NCBI RefSeq assembly: GCF_021869535.1
Contig: NW_026262679.1
Location: 118,420,001 to 118,484,000 of the forward strand
DNA from: Mytilus californianus
Taxonomy: Eukaryota
Direction: 5' to 3'
Length of the DNA stretch: 64,000 nucleotides
Below the pieces are notes generated by a model. The model made no database searches. It was not told the DNA's origin and saw nothing but the letters and a program-made list of their open reading frames with translations. Each line of letters begins with the position of its first letter. The stretch's first letter is position 1. Both the position numbers and the translations under genes were made by a program. Shown one piece after another: positions 12,358-24,918 of the stretch.

Positions 12358-15300
12358 GAAGGTCAGATTTGAAATAACACAAAATTTAAAATGTCTGATA
12401 CTAAATACAACAATACCTCTACCACAGACAAAATGACTTCAATAAATCATTTGAAAACTAGAACGATTCGGTTTATATACTCAGTAATGTCAGTTTGCAA
12501 TATCAAGGCCATGCCACCCTATGCACGATCTATTAATAAACATTTTGTCATTTGTGATCTTTTACATTATATAAAGCTGAATTATTCCTGACCTTGACCT
12601 TGCAGATAAATATCCCGATCTAATTAGCAAAATATCTCCTAGTGTAGTAGGGACCTTCAACAAGCAACAATTAACCATAGTGTAGCCACAATTTTACAAA
12701 ACACACCTCTGTTATTGGGCAACAATTTTACTAAATATTTCCTTCCAAACATTCATTTGTTCTAAGCTCAGATATGATCAGACTATGGAGTATATAAAGC
12801 TGAACTATGTTTGTGAACTTAACTCTGACCTTCAGAACATTAAAAAGTTCTATCCTGAAAACAGCTTGTACAGACGGACAAATGGACTTGGATTGAGTTT
12901 TGTTTTGTTTTGTATTTTTGCTTTTTCATTAATGTTTAACCTAAATCTCCTCTTAGACAGACAGACAGACAGTATCACAGCTTGTATAATGAAAGATTTT
13001 AGAAGTATCATTCTAAGAACAATTTAAGTTAAATGCACAGCGATCATAACAACTATGACGATAATAAAAACAGATATATGCCTTTGTTCAAGAGGTTTTG
13101 TCATTCATAAATATTTCAAATATGCGAAAAGTTACCAACTGATCTGAAATGTTTTTAAACATAAAATTCTGTATGCATTTGAAATATACATTCCTAAATA
13201 ATTAAAGGAATAACCCTCCAATCAAGTATATAAATTTTAGCAAGAATAAATTCAGTTGTATGTTGGAATCTGTGCTGGTGTTGCTATAACATTAAAAATA
13301 GCAGCACAATGTTTTAGAGGCTTACTTTTACTGGTAGAGTACACTACAATATATAAAATAGGAATTTTAAATATCTTAAAGTACCACTATCATGCATGCT
13401 TAAAAAAAATAATAATCTATTATAAAACCTAAAGAGAAAACAATTGTTACATTAATTTGCATGCACATCAAAGAACAAAGAATCAATAATGTCATTTATA
13501 GATAATTCAAATTACATAACCATGTGATAAAAAAACTAATAAAAAAGTTTAATGACCTTGACAAAATGAGAAGACAATTGATGACATTATTGCAACAAGC
13601 ATTCAAATACATTGCAAAATATGTAAATAATCAGATCTAAGATGTATTCAGGAAGCTTAAAGCTAATATTTTATTCACCAATACTCTTTATTTGTGCAAC
13701 TAGAAAGCAGACGGATCAATAAACTGGAATGTTTTCTGATATTGATTGTACAATGTTTAGAATATTATGGTGGAATACATTAAATTGCATGGACGTTTAC
13801 AATGGTTTCCTCAACAGAAAATTCAGAGAATTATCTTTGGGATGACAGGCCAAAATGTCTTATGGTCTTGCAAGGTATTGAAACATTTTCTTGTTTTATA
13901 ATACTTTTGGTCATCTTGACCGTGAAGATGTCTAATTTGATCAGGGCGTTAGGTTGCATAATATATAATCATTAATTACAGTCATTACTTTGAAGATTGT
14001 ACAAAGTTGCTGAGTTTGCAGTTATATTTCCACAAATGTACATAGTATTTTAAAAGGAAAAAATAAATGGTTTTCAGTTTTGAATATAAATTTAATTGAA
14101 TCAGAAATGTTAAAACAGAATTAAATCCATTCCACAAGCAATTTACTTATAAAAACATTCCAATGGACACAGCATAAAATGCATAGTTTTCCTTTTAACT
14201 CAAAATACTTTTTAGAATGCATCTAGTTTTTAATATGTATTATTTTCTATTATATAATATATTTCATGGTTAAAAATTTATATACCATGAAGACATGAAT
14301 GATCCTTTGGGCAGACTATAAATATGAAGAAAAAGAGGTTTAGGATAGACATAGACAAAAACCAGCCACAAAAAATATCAAGATATCTAAATTTTGTAAT
14401 ATGGTTTTCAACAGTTGAAAAGTGTCCATATGTCAGGTTCTGAATCTCCATGGATACATTGTTATTTGCTCTTGTCACTGTGCCAACATTGCTTTATTTA
14501 CAGTTGATATTTTATGCAGATATATGTTTACTCAGCTCAGCTGCTCTCTTCACATGAAACAGAATAACTATTTATTGGGTCTGTAGTTAACCTGTTGCAT
14601 GGTTATATTCTGTACACACCCAATATTATCTCTTTCTCCTTTGGTTGTTAATATTTCCTGCATTAAAACTGGTTGATCCTCTGCATAACCTTTGTCATTG
14701 TCTCGAATATGCATGAAATACTTGCCACTGGATATTAATCAAATCTTATTGAGACATTGAACTTCTTTTGACTTTTCATCGACATTTAAAAACGCTGAAA
14801 TTTCTGTAAAATTGTATGTTTCTCAAAATGTGTATGACATATTTTATGCTCAATGGGATTCACTAGACTATCCTTTTTTACATACAACAAAATATGCACA
14901 TTTATCAATGTTATGAATCACATATTTGTATTATTATGTAAATCATAAAGTGATAATAAAATTACACTTCATTCATAAAGTTTGGAAATTTACGTTCACA
15001 TCATTACAAGTATTTAAATCTAACACCTCCACATACAAGTATCTTAAATGAGTGAATAAATCTCTTTAAAAAGAGATAAATAAAACATTTCTCTCAACTA
15101 TTCTAATTAAAGGTCTAAAATTCTCAGGGTTAGACTACCTACAATCATTACTAACAGCCAGACACTATACAGTAATTCAACAGTCTTACAGTTCAGTGGA
15201 GTACAACTAATATGAGGCTCTAAGTATATAATAAATGTTTCCAACAGTAAAACTACCTTTAAAGTGCATGTAGTATAAATTATAGCAAGATACCTGCGTT

Positions 15301-16309
15301 TCAAAAAAAGATTTTTTGTTGTAAAAAAGGAAAAGAGTGTACAAAATGTGTTGTTCCATGTGTCACTGGTAGTTACCCTGATTACCATTTAAAAGTATAC
15401 ATAAAATAATATTTAAATTAGGTTTTGTATTTTTTAGTATTGAGGTACCTTTAAAGATAACCTTTCATAAACTGTGAAATTTCATCATTACACCTCCAAT
15501 ATATGACTTACAAATGGCCAAAATATGTTGGTTTGATAAATTGTACTTCTATGGATATACATGTATTGGTAATAAAAAAATTAAGTTCTAATCAATCGGT
15601 CATAAAAGTTTTTTTCCCCAAGTTGAAAATGAATATTGTTATCTTTTTTACATTGTGAATGTTGGGACAGATAGGGGAGGGAATCCATATAAAAATCGAG
15701 ACAATCGATGAATATTTTCATTTTGGCCTAATATTATCTGGTACATGTATTTTTATCTTTTATGAACTAATTTGAAACACAGTATGTCCTTCATGGTGTG
15801 TTCCATTGATAAAGTATACAATAAACAGGTAAACCATAAACATATTATAATACTGATAGCCTTAAGTCCATTTTGATTAAATATTTTGAACAAAAAATAT
15901 GACCTATTTTTGAATTTAGCACACCTGGTAAATCTGACCTTCAATATTTTGGTTAACATGCAGGAATCAGGTATGTAAACTGGAGATTGATTATATATCA
16001 TTATTTTCTTATATTTTATTTAAGATTGCTAATATTAAAAATCAGTATTTGAATCTGATTTCCCATGAAAAGTTCTACAAATATGTCAATAAGTTAAACA
16101 ATTTCTCAATGGAATAAGTGCTGTCTAGCTAGTTTGATAGGGCAATTACAGTCCAATATGCCTTCTTTACAGCAACAAGAAAAAAAATAAAGCAATTTAC
16201 TAATAATACACCTGAAAATGATCATAACGAACCGAGTGAGTTAACATTATATACGTAACTTTCTCTTGTAATACAAAATTCATATGTCAAAACTTTTTAA
16301 AGTATTCAT

Positions 16310-16530
16310 ATAAAAAGAAGATGTGTTATGATTGCCAATGAGACAACTCTCCACAAGAGACCAAATGACACAGAAATTAATAACTATAGGTCACTGTATG
16401 GCCCCCAACAATGAGCAAAGCCCATACCGCATAGACAGCTATAAAAGGCCCCGAAATGAGAAATGTAAAACAATTCAGACGAGAAAACTAATGGCCTAAT
16501 TTATGTACAAAATAATGAACAAAAAACAAA
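16310..16530 (+). repeat. Interspersed repeat family B (further copies ~28085-28230 -, ~47630-48130 +, ~61830-62240 -)
   Basis: Shared head aagaagatgtggtatgattgccaatgagacaactctcc...aactataggtca...gcctt...ataaaaggccc in four copies. Confidence 0.85.
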
Positions 16531-17549
16531 TATTTTACACATGTCTGCATTCTTCAATAAACACATCCCTAGTGACGTTCAAATAGAATATACATGTAAA
16601 ACTTGAAAAGGTCAAAAGAGTTATTCATAACAAGATAAGTACTTTCATATACACTAATGTTTACATAAAAGAAAACTGCCTGAAGTGTAACATATACTAT
16701 AATCTGTCATTTTTATAACATTATTTCACTGTACAATAGACTTCTTCAGATCATTCATTTCTGGAAGAATTATCAGTAATGATTTAGATGGGGGTGTAGA
16801 GGACTTGTGCCCCTTCCCCATTTTTTGTTGGGAAAAAATCTCTTTTTTTGGCATATAATTGTCAATTGTTTTACTTTGCTACGTTCAGTGCTACTTTTAC
16901 TATTATAGATAATACATTGAACCCTGGATCGGCCCCTGATTATTAACAAAGAAAACTTTATTGAAGTGCTTTTGTTTTTAATGGTAACGCCTTTCTTAAC
17001 TTTCTTTATATGCAACTAAATGTACAAATGTATGTACTTTTTTCTTTATATCCAACTACATGTACAAATGTATGTACTAAGACTTCATCCAAAATTAGCT
17101 TCTGTGGCTCTATTCGTAAAAAATATAACCATTAAAATTGATTGTAAATTATACTTTAATGTTCATGATTTTACTGTATTAATCCCAGTAAGATTTTTAG
17201 AGAAAATAGTTGCTAATTCTGTACACATTATAAACATCATGATACAAAACTGAAGCATGACTCTGTATAAAATTTTACAAAAAAAAAAAGGAAAAAATAT
17301 GAATTTACCATACAACAATGAACCATGATAGCCAGGTTTGGGGGAAAATTATCATTTTCAGCATCTTATAATTCTTTAGAAAAAAAGACATACCAATAAA
17401 TTTATTTTATGATGTTATAATGAAATATATATATAAAAACACTGCATAATACATAAGTTTCTTACCTATTTGTAAAAAATTTTAATGAAAATTAACCATT
17501 TAATCTATCAAATCAAATCAACTGTGAAATGAAAATGACAAAAACAGAA

Positions 17550-17838
17550 CAAGAATGTGTCCGTAGTACATGGATGCCCCACTCACACTATCATTTACTA
17601 TGTTCAGTGGACCATGAAATTGGGGTAAAAACTCTAATTTGACATTAAAATTAGAAAGATCATATCATAGGGAACATGTGTCCTAAGTTTCAAGTTGATT
17701 GGACTTCAACTTCATCAAAAACTACCTTGACCAAAAACTTTAACCTGAAGCGGGACAGACGGACAGACGGACGGACGAACAGACCCACAGACCAGAAGAC
17801 ATAATGCCCCTACTACTATCGTAGGTGGGGCATATAAA
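17550..17838 (-). mobile_element. Short HINE-like element with GACR microsatellite (copies ~19955-20168 and ~36403-36683)
   Basis: aacaagaatgtgtcc...ggatgccccact...ggacagacggacggac...cataatgcccctactactatcgtaggtggggcataaaaa; three near-identical copies with terminal hairpin and A/T-run flanks. Confidence 0.8.
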
Positions 17839-19210
17839 AAACCTTTGTACATCTTCAATAAATAATTTTGATGTTGTAGAGTTGAAAAAAAACATTTTCC
17901 TGACAAATTAAAAACTAATTTAATTTTTACATCAATCTACAATATGATTTATAAGTTAGCAGAACACAACCTCATATCAATGAACACTACAGTCTTTATT
18001 ATTGAAAGTAATTTAACAAAATTCACATCTTTGATGAGATTATTATCTCAATATCTCATTAAACTTTGTTTTTGAGGTAAGTAGTGTTTTATGTTTTGAT
18101 CATAAACCAGTGAAAGATGTCATTTACACAAAGTGATGCAATCATAAAATTAGGTACACCTTTGGTAAACATTGTGAAAATGAAAAGAATCTAGATTAAT
18201 AACTGTAGGAAATGTAATTTGTAGGCCTGTAATTTAAAAAAAGCTTCCAGCATAAAAACTGTCAGAAAAGTTAGCTAGAGAATGATGTATCTATAGGCAG
18301 ACAAATAAGAATATAGCCTTTGGATAGAGGTGTCTCCATATCTACCATCACAGAGGCATAAAAAGACAGAACTTAGAATATTGATCTTCCTTCTACTGTT
18401 ATGCTACATGTCTAATTTAATAAAAGGAATTTTGATCATTTATATTCCTTTTTCAAAAGACAAACATTTTTCTGATAATAAAAATACAACATTGGAGGCC
18501 AAATATCATTGGTGAACTATCTAGACATCATTGAGATGGGAGCCATCTCTGTGGGCCCCGCTGTGAATAATGTGTGGTAAAAAATTTCTATCTTTACCAT
18601 AGGACATGGGGTTGTCAACTGAACCAAAGTTTTTGACCTTGACCTTTGACCTAGGAAGTTGTACAAACATTATGACACACCCTCTGGTGTTGTTTAATAT
18701 ACATGTAAAGTATAAAGTATGAAATGATAACGGTTCTCTAGATATAGAGCAGACAGACTGATCACTATAGGGCGACCCGCCATTCTAATTATATAACAGT
18801 AGTTTACATCATACCCAGTTGTATTTAGATCCATTTCACAGTGAACAAAGACATCAAAGGTCTTTGTTTCCATTACTTATTAGATTGATGGTATGTAGTA
18901 AATCTGTAACCAGCATTTTTGGAAAATATACTGAATTTTGTATTACTTTCAATGTGACAAATAAATTTCTGCCTAATGACCTGAGGCATGGGAATCAAGG
19001 ACAGGGTCAGTATAATACAATGAAAGCTGATCAAAAAAATTTTGTTTTATTCACATAGTTACAGTTGTTACGACCTCACCCTTCAGATTTAGAAAAGATT
19101 AGTTGAAAATAAAGAGTGACCGCAAAATAACAAAATGTCGTTGATAGCAATCTATATCGAATGATCAATATCAACATTTACAAATTGTTTTTTTTTTAAA
19201 TTTTTTACAG

Positions 19211-19515
19211 ATGTACCCCTTCACGAATCAAAGACATACCAGATGTCATCATCCAATGTGGTCTTTCCAAGACATGATTTGATTGGTTCATCTAAGTCTT
19301 CATCATCCAGTAGTAGTTCTACTATTGGTTCATACAGATCATCTTCCAGCTCTGGATCATACAAGTCTTCATTAAGTAGTGGCTCAGTAGTAGGCTCGTC
19401 TAAATCTTCCTCAACCGACGATGGATCAGTGACCTATAAGTTATCTGGTAGTGATTCCACTGTAGATAATGACAGCAAAGAATTTGATACCAATGCTAAT
19501 CTAAAGGACAGCAAT
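19211..19515 (+). CDS. Ser-rich exon of the TPR gene
   Basis: Strong acceptor tttttttttaaattttttacag|; open frame xAT GTA CCC...; ends AGC AAT|gtaagt in phase 0, matching the phase-0 acceptor at 21625. An in-frame ATG is also present at 19243. Confidence 0.75.
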
Positions 19516-21624
19516 GTAAGTATAATCCTATTTTTACACATTTACATTATATTATACACACATGTACTGAAACATGAAACAACTTTAAAAGATGAATAAG
19601 TTCAACATGAATCCTGTCACCTACATCCAAGGGCAGTAACTCCATCAGAAGTACATTGTTGTATATCAACATGAACAAAACATTATATGGAAATGTATAT
19701 ATAGAATTAGGACAAGTAGTTTTCCATATACGACTGTGGATATGGATATACACATGGACTCCAAAGTTACTTTAATATTTCCTCTACTTTGTTGAAGTGA
19801 ACTAAAAATACCATTGACATTGACAATGTAACTAGTTTATTCTCTTCATCACTTGTTCTTGCAGTAAAATTGAATGTGGTTATGTATATTGTCTATAATT
19901 AATTCAACAAAACATAAAATGAAGGTTGATACCTGTCAATCTATAACAGTCAATAACAAGAATGTGTCCATAGTACAGGATGCCCCACTCGCACTATCAT
20001 TTTCTATGTTCAGTGGACTGTGAAATTGGGGGTCAAAACTCTAATTTGGCATTATAATTAGAAAGATCATATCATAGGGAACATGTGAACTAAGTTTCAA
20101 GTTTCAAGTTTCAACGCACAGACCAGAAAACATAATGCCCCTACTACTATCGTAGGTGGGGCATAAAAATTCATTCTATCTTACCACAATAGGTCAATAG
20201 TAAAAACACAACTACTGATATATAATTAGATGAACTTTATTTTGAACTGTGGTGTAACTGAATATTTAGTTTCAATGAATTTGGTTATTCATTTCTGCTA
20301 GCCAAAAGTCAAAGTCACAATCATACCAAACTTCCAAGAAGATGTCTTTTTATCATTTGTTTATTGGGTTGCTGTCTTATTCTCTATCAGATCTACTAAT
20401 TTTGGATAATGAAATCTATTCCTGTCACATGATATTTACTTCAATAATGTTGTTGGTCTATTTAATTCTAAATAAATATTTAACTTTTAAAGTTAATTGT
20501 ACTTATACTTCTACATAAAAGAAAACAAAATAAGTCTTTTCATTTGATGCCCTATTTTATCTTTTGACTGTACACATGAAAGAGTTTGTGTTTTTTCTTC
20601 CTTGTAAATTGTCATTACTAAAGATTTAAACTTATAATATTAATTTTCTCTACATGGAATAAATTCTCCATACAATTTTTTGCCTATTAGATCGTGTTTT
20701 GCTTGTTTGGAAATCTGAAATAATAGTGAAGATATAAATGAAAGGAAGTATGGAGTATCTTAGGGCAACCGGACAAACCATAAATCCCAATAAAAAGAAG
20801 TTTACAGAGGCTTTTGAGTAAATCATTTGAATCCATGAAGTAGACTTTTTTTAGCCCCCCTTTAAATAAACAATCAAAAAGTATTACAAAGCTATCAAGT
20901 AATATACTTCAGATGTTCACAAGATATTCAACTGTTACATATCAGTATCTACATTTAAAAAATTTGTCTTGCATATTTGCTTTAGGACTTCAAACTCATT
21001 GCATCAAAGCAAATTTGCAAATTAACCTCATTTTGAGACCATGTCAATTACATCTAGATTTAAGTCACAACCTTACTTAAAAAGATTTTGCTACAAGATA
21101 TCTTAAAGAAAGATGTTAATTCAGATAAAAATATCTTTTGGGTAAGGTTGTGGCTCATTTCTAATTTTGTCAAAACTATAAAGAAGATAAATTTAGATCA
21201 AATGTGTCAATTTTAACATGCCAATGACATTTCTACACTAAATTATTCAGATAATATCAACCTATTTTTTAATCAATAAATTGACAACTATGTAAGGATT
21301 GAAAATTTTTCATTTTATTTGCAATTTAAGGGGCCAGACTTGGTAATTCGACAGAACTTCAAAAGTTTCCTCCCAAAGATTCAATTAAGTCGAACTTAAA
21401 AGCCAATATTTGTTTCGTAATAAGATAAGTATTGCTTCAGGGAACTTAACCATAAATTAACACCACCAAAGACATTCTAATGATTTTTAAACCTGCTTCG
21501 CTAAAATCAAAATAAATCTGACAACTTGCAAGAGAAAAAGTTAAATGTATGAAATTTTGGATGTAGAACATAAAATCCTTCACTTACATGATAAATACAA
21601 AATTACGTATCTTTGTTTTTTCAG

Positions 21625-24600
21625 ATGGTTGAGCAGACGAGTCAAAATGAGTCAACCACATCCAGTGGCAGTTTGTCTGACTCCTATGACATAGCTGTCA
21701 AAATGCTTAGCTCATCACAGATTGATGAGGCAGAGAAGCAATTTCTTTTTCTCTATCAACAAATGCAGGAAAAATCAGAAGATACAACACAGATTCTTGT
21801 TCAAACATTGAATGGGCTTGCTGATGTCTGCACCCGAAGAAGTCGTATGTGCCGGTCCAATCCGATGGAATGGCAGTGGCTTTGTATGCATGCAATTGCT
21901 CTCCTTCAATATACAATGGAAATTTGTGATTCTGAATTAGAAACAGAAATGGAAAATGATACAATTGAATGGTACACAGAACAAAAGCACGATCTTGAAC
22001 AGAAATGTAAGCCTTTAGAAGACAGTCTAAATAGAGCTTTATATAATTGTATGAAACATGAAGCAAGAAAATATTTGGACCCTTTTCGTTCATTTTCTCT
22101 CCCCAATACTCCTGGAACACCATCAAGAAGTATGTTTCCTTTATCTACTGGAAACAAATTCACACTATATTCAACCATGCATTCTCAAATCATTAGTAAA
22201 ACCAATGAAAACCAAAGTGCTGATGATAGCCATTCTGGCCTGTCATGGCTATCCAAATTCCATCAGTACTGTAATGACAGACTTCAAACCAAAAATATAG
22301 GGACTATTTTCAATAGACTTTTTCTTAAAAGGCAGAATCATTCCAAGCATGAAAATGATGATACAGAAAGTGTGGTATCAGGAGGTTCTTTAGATTGGGA
22401 TCATAGTGATTTAGATAGGGAAATTTGTAACGGTCATCCACCGGACGAGGAATCAGAGTCTCCTGTCAAAGAACATTCACTTGGTTTTGAACTTGCTGCA
22501 AGTGACATAAACAATGAAGGATGGGATTTCTTCTTAGGGGATCGCAAGAACTGTACTTTTGAAAGTGTAGTACAAGTAGCGTCAAATCCACATCATACAA
22601 ATGGACCTTCGAAAAAAGACATTATTGACATTCAAAGAAGAGAAAGCATTAAAGAAAAAGAAGTTGTCTCCCCCTTACATGATCATAGTATTAAACTGAC
22701 TTTGACAAAATGTTATGCTAAGTTAGCAGATAAACTAATGACAGAGGAAGAATATGCAAATGCAGAAGTCATCTATGAACAAGTGTTAGAAATTGTCGAT
22801 GAAATTCAAGATGGTACTGCTGGCATGCTTAGATTTTATGCTAGACTTCTCAAGAATTGTGGAACTGCAAAATCAAAACAAGGAAAAATGTCTCAGGGGT
22901 TAAAATTACTGAACAAAGCGCTTGAGACCTATCGTGACTTACAAGATGATGAGGCTAATTTTGAAATAGCTCTTGCTTTATTGGAACTAGGAAATGGTTA
23001 TGTTACTGGTCGAGATAAAGACAATGCTGTGTTCAGTTATGCTATAGGTGCCATTTGTGAATTCTTCGAAAAAGACGGATCTGATGATGTTACAAGCTCT
23101 ACATCAAGTTCAAAATCTGAGTTTTCTTCACCTGAGAAAATTGAGGAAGAGCAGAATATTGATGATGCAATACAGTGTTACAAAGAAGCTTTACACCTCC
23201 TGCGTAATCATGAAAGTCAAAGTGAGGGAAAGCAATCAGATTTGGTTGCAAGATCGACTAGAAGATTAGCGGACTGTTACTTTATGCAAAAAGAATATGA
23301 TAAGGCACTTGATTGCTATGAAAAATCTTTATCCATGTTAAAGAATACTCAATCAGTAGGACGAGATCTTGTCTTAGAAAATGCTCATGTGTTGTGTATG
23401 CTTGGTGTCTCTAGTTTTATGCTGCTAATGTTTCCAAGAGCTGCATCAACCTTTGAACTGGCTTTACACATGGTAAAGTATGCCTTTTCGCTTAAAAGTA
23501 CATTTTTCCATGGACTTTTACTGGCCTTAATGGGAATTACATTCTATAAAATGAGAAATTATCATCGTTGTGTATCAATGTGTTTTCAGGCTTTCGAAAT
23601 ATTTTGTGCCCTACATGGTGATAAGTTACCAGAATTACCAAAGCATAAATTCTGGCTTGTTTGCCAAGTTCTCTATGTCATGGGAAATTCTTACAATAAT
23701 CTGAACTTGCATCAGAAAGCAATCAAATATCTTTCAGTGGCAAGATCAGTATTAATGGCATCTAAAAATAGAGATCGTCGACAGTTCATGAGAGTATTGC
23801 AAATTTTAGGAGATTGTTATTTTGCTCAGTACGATTATAAATCAGCTTTACAATTCTACAATGAAGCCCTGGAGTATGGAGATTGTGAAAGTCAGATTTC
23901 CTTCAACGAAGTTTTTGATGCAAATGCCAATTCTGATGAAATGTCAATGCACAACCAGCTTGTTAGCAAATCTGCAGAGGCTCACATTAGCATGCAACAA
24001 TATCAAAATGCAGTACACTATCTGGAACAAGCTCATGACATGCAAGAAACGATGGGAGATGATATTAAAGGAGACTTGGCCGCTACTCTTCATTCTCTTG
24101 GACAAATGTACTGTGGAGCAGGAGATGTGGATAAAGCAATTGATTCGTATAATGAAAGCTTAGAGGTCTACAGAGAAATTCATAATGGAAATTTAGGGCC
24201 CGAAGTCGTTTCAACATTAGGAGATCTTGCAGCAATGTGTTATGTAAAAGCCTGTCTTTGTGATGACGTCGATAGCGAGTTGGAAATGATTGTGGCCACT
24301 GAAAAATACTTCCAGGAAGCTCTAGCTCTTGGGAAAAACCCAGTAATAACTATTCGTTATGCAAATTTTTTATTTAGCCAAAATAATTATGTTGATGCTG
24401 TTAAACATTTGAAAACTGTTCTAGAGATAGAGGACATTGAAACAGCACAAGATCTGGTGTATGGTGGTTTAGAAAAAGTCACTCTACCAGATGTCCTACA
24501 AGATGAAGTGGACTGTCAAGAAGAAGTCGTACTCCCACCATCCTCCCTTGCCAGATATTTATTGATATTATCCCATATAAACTTGGGCCATACAAAACTT

Positions 24601-24918
24601 GCCGAGGACAATCTAATCGATCTCCTTATGGAAACATTAGATTATGATATTCCAATTTTATACTCAGTGCTTGGATATTCAATGATGGAGATGGGAGTTA
24701 TTGAAGAGGCAATTTGGTGCTTTGGAACAGCAGTATCTCTGGAAAATGACTATCGACTTGCAATAGATAATTTCTGTACATGTGTCTGTATTTGGGTTTT
24801 ACAAACTTTAGAAAGAGCTGTTGAAGTAATATGTACTTATTATGGAATATCTGTTAGTCCCATGTACTTGTCCACTACAAGTGAGAGCTCTTTTTCTTAT
24901 TCAAACTACCTTTTCTGA
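21625..24918 (+). CDS. 3.3-kb terminal exon of a large tetratricopeptide-repeat protein
   Basis: Acceptor ctttgttttttcag|ATG; 1097 codons plus stop. Many TPR-like units, e.g. TRRLADCYFMQKEYDKALDCYEKSLSM, LQILGDCYFAQYDYKSALQFYNEALEY, LHSLGQMYCGAGDVDKAIDSYNESLEVYREI. Confidence 0.92.
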   Translation: MVEQTSQNESTTSSGSLSDSYDIAVKMLSSSQIDEAEKQFLFLYQQMQEKSEDTTQILVQTLNGLADVCTRRSRMCRSNPMEWQWLCMHAIALLQYTMEICDSELETEMENDTIEWYTEQKHDLEQKCKPLEDSLNRALYNCMKHEARKYLDPFRSFSLPNTPGTPSRSMFPLSTGNKFTLYSTMHSQIISKTNENQSADDSHSGLSWLSKFHQYCNDRLQTKNIGTIFNRLFLKRQNHSKHENDDTESVVSGGSLDWDHSDLDREICNGHPPDEESESPVKEHSLGFELAASDINNEGWDFFLGDRKNCTFESVVQVASNPHHTNGPSKKDIIDIQRRESIKEKEVVSPLHDHSIKLTLTKCYAKLADKLMTEEEYANAEVIYEQVLEIVDEIQDGTAGMLRFYARLLKNCGTAKSKQGKMSQGLKLLNKALETYRDLQDDEANFEIALALLELGNGYVTGRDKDNAVFSYAIGAICEFFEKDGSDDVTSSTSSSKSEFSSPEKIEEEQNIDDAIQCYKEALHLLRNHESQSEGKQSDLVARSTRRLADCYFMQKEYDKALDCYEKSLSMLKNTQSVGRDLVLENAHVLCMLGVSSFMLLMFPRAASTFELALHMVKYAFSLKSTFFHGLLLALMGITFYKMRNYHRCVSMCFQAFEIFCALHGDKLPELPKHKFWLVCQVLYVMGNSYNNLNLHQKAIKYLSVARSVLMASKNRDRRQFMRVLQILGDCYFAQYDYKSALQFYNEALEYGDCESQISFNEVFDANANSDEMSMHNQLVSKSAEAHISMQQYQNAVHYLEQAHDMQETMGDDIKGDLAATLHSLGQMYCGAGDVDKAIDSYNESLEVYREIHNGNLGPEVVSTLGDLAAMCYVKACLCDDVDSELEMIVATEKYFQEALALGKNPVITIRYANFLFSQNNYVDAVKHLKTVLEIEDIETAQDLVYGGLEKVTLPDVLQDEVDCQEEVVLPPSSLARYLLILSHINLGHTKLAEDNLIDLLMETLDYDIPILYSVLGYSMMEMGVIEEAIWCFGTAVSLENDYRLAIDNFCTCVCIWVLQTLERAVEVICTYYGISVSPMYLSTTSESSFSYSNYLF

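Noticed and set aside
14278-14478. 66-aa hydrophobic minus-strand ORF as a terminal exon
   Set aside because: GTG start, an in-frame stop just upstream, no convincing acceptor and no recognisable homology.
21707-24163. Overlapping alternative-frame and antisense ORFs inside the TPR exon (also 11121-12248 inside the 467-aa ORF)
   Set aside because: Short shadows of a long coding frame, with non-ATG or weak starts and no protein-like features.
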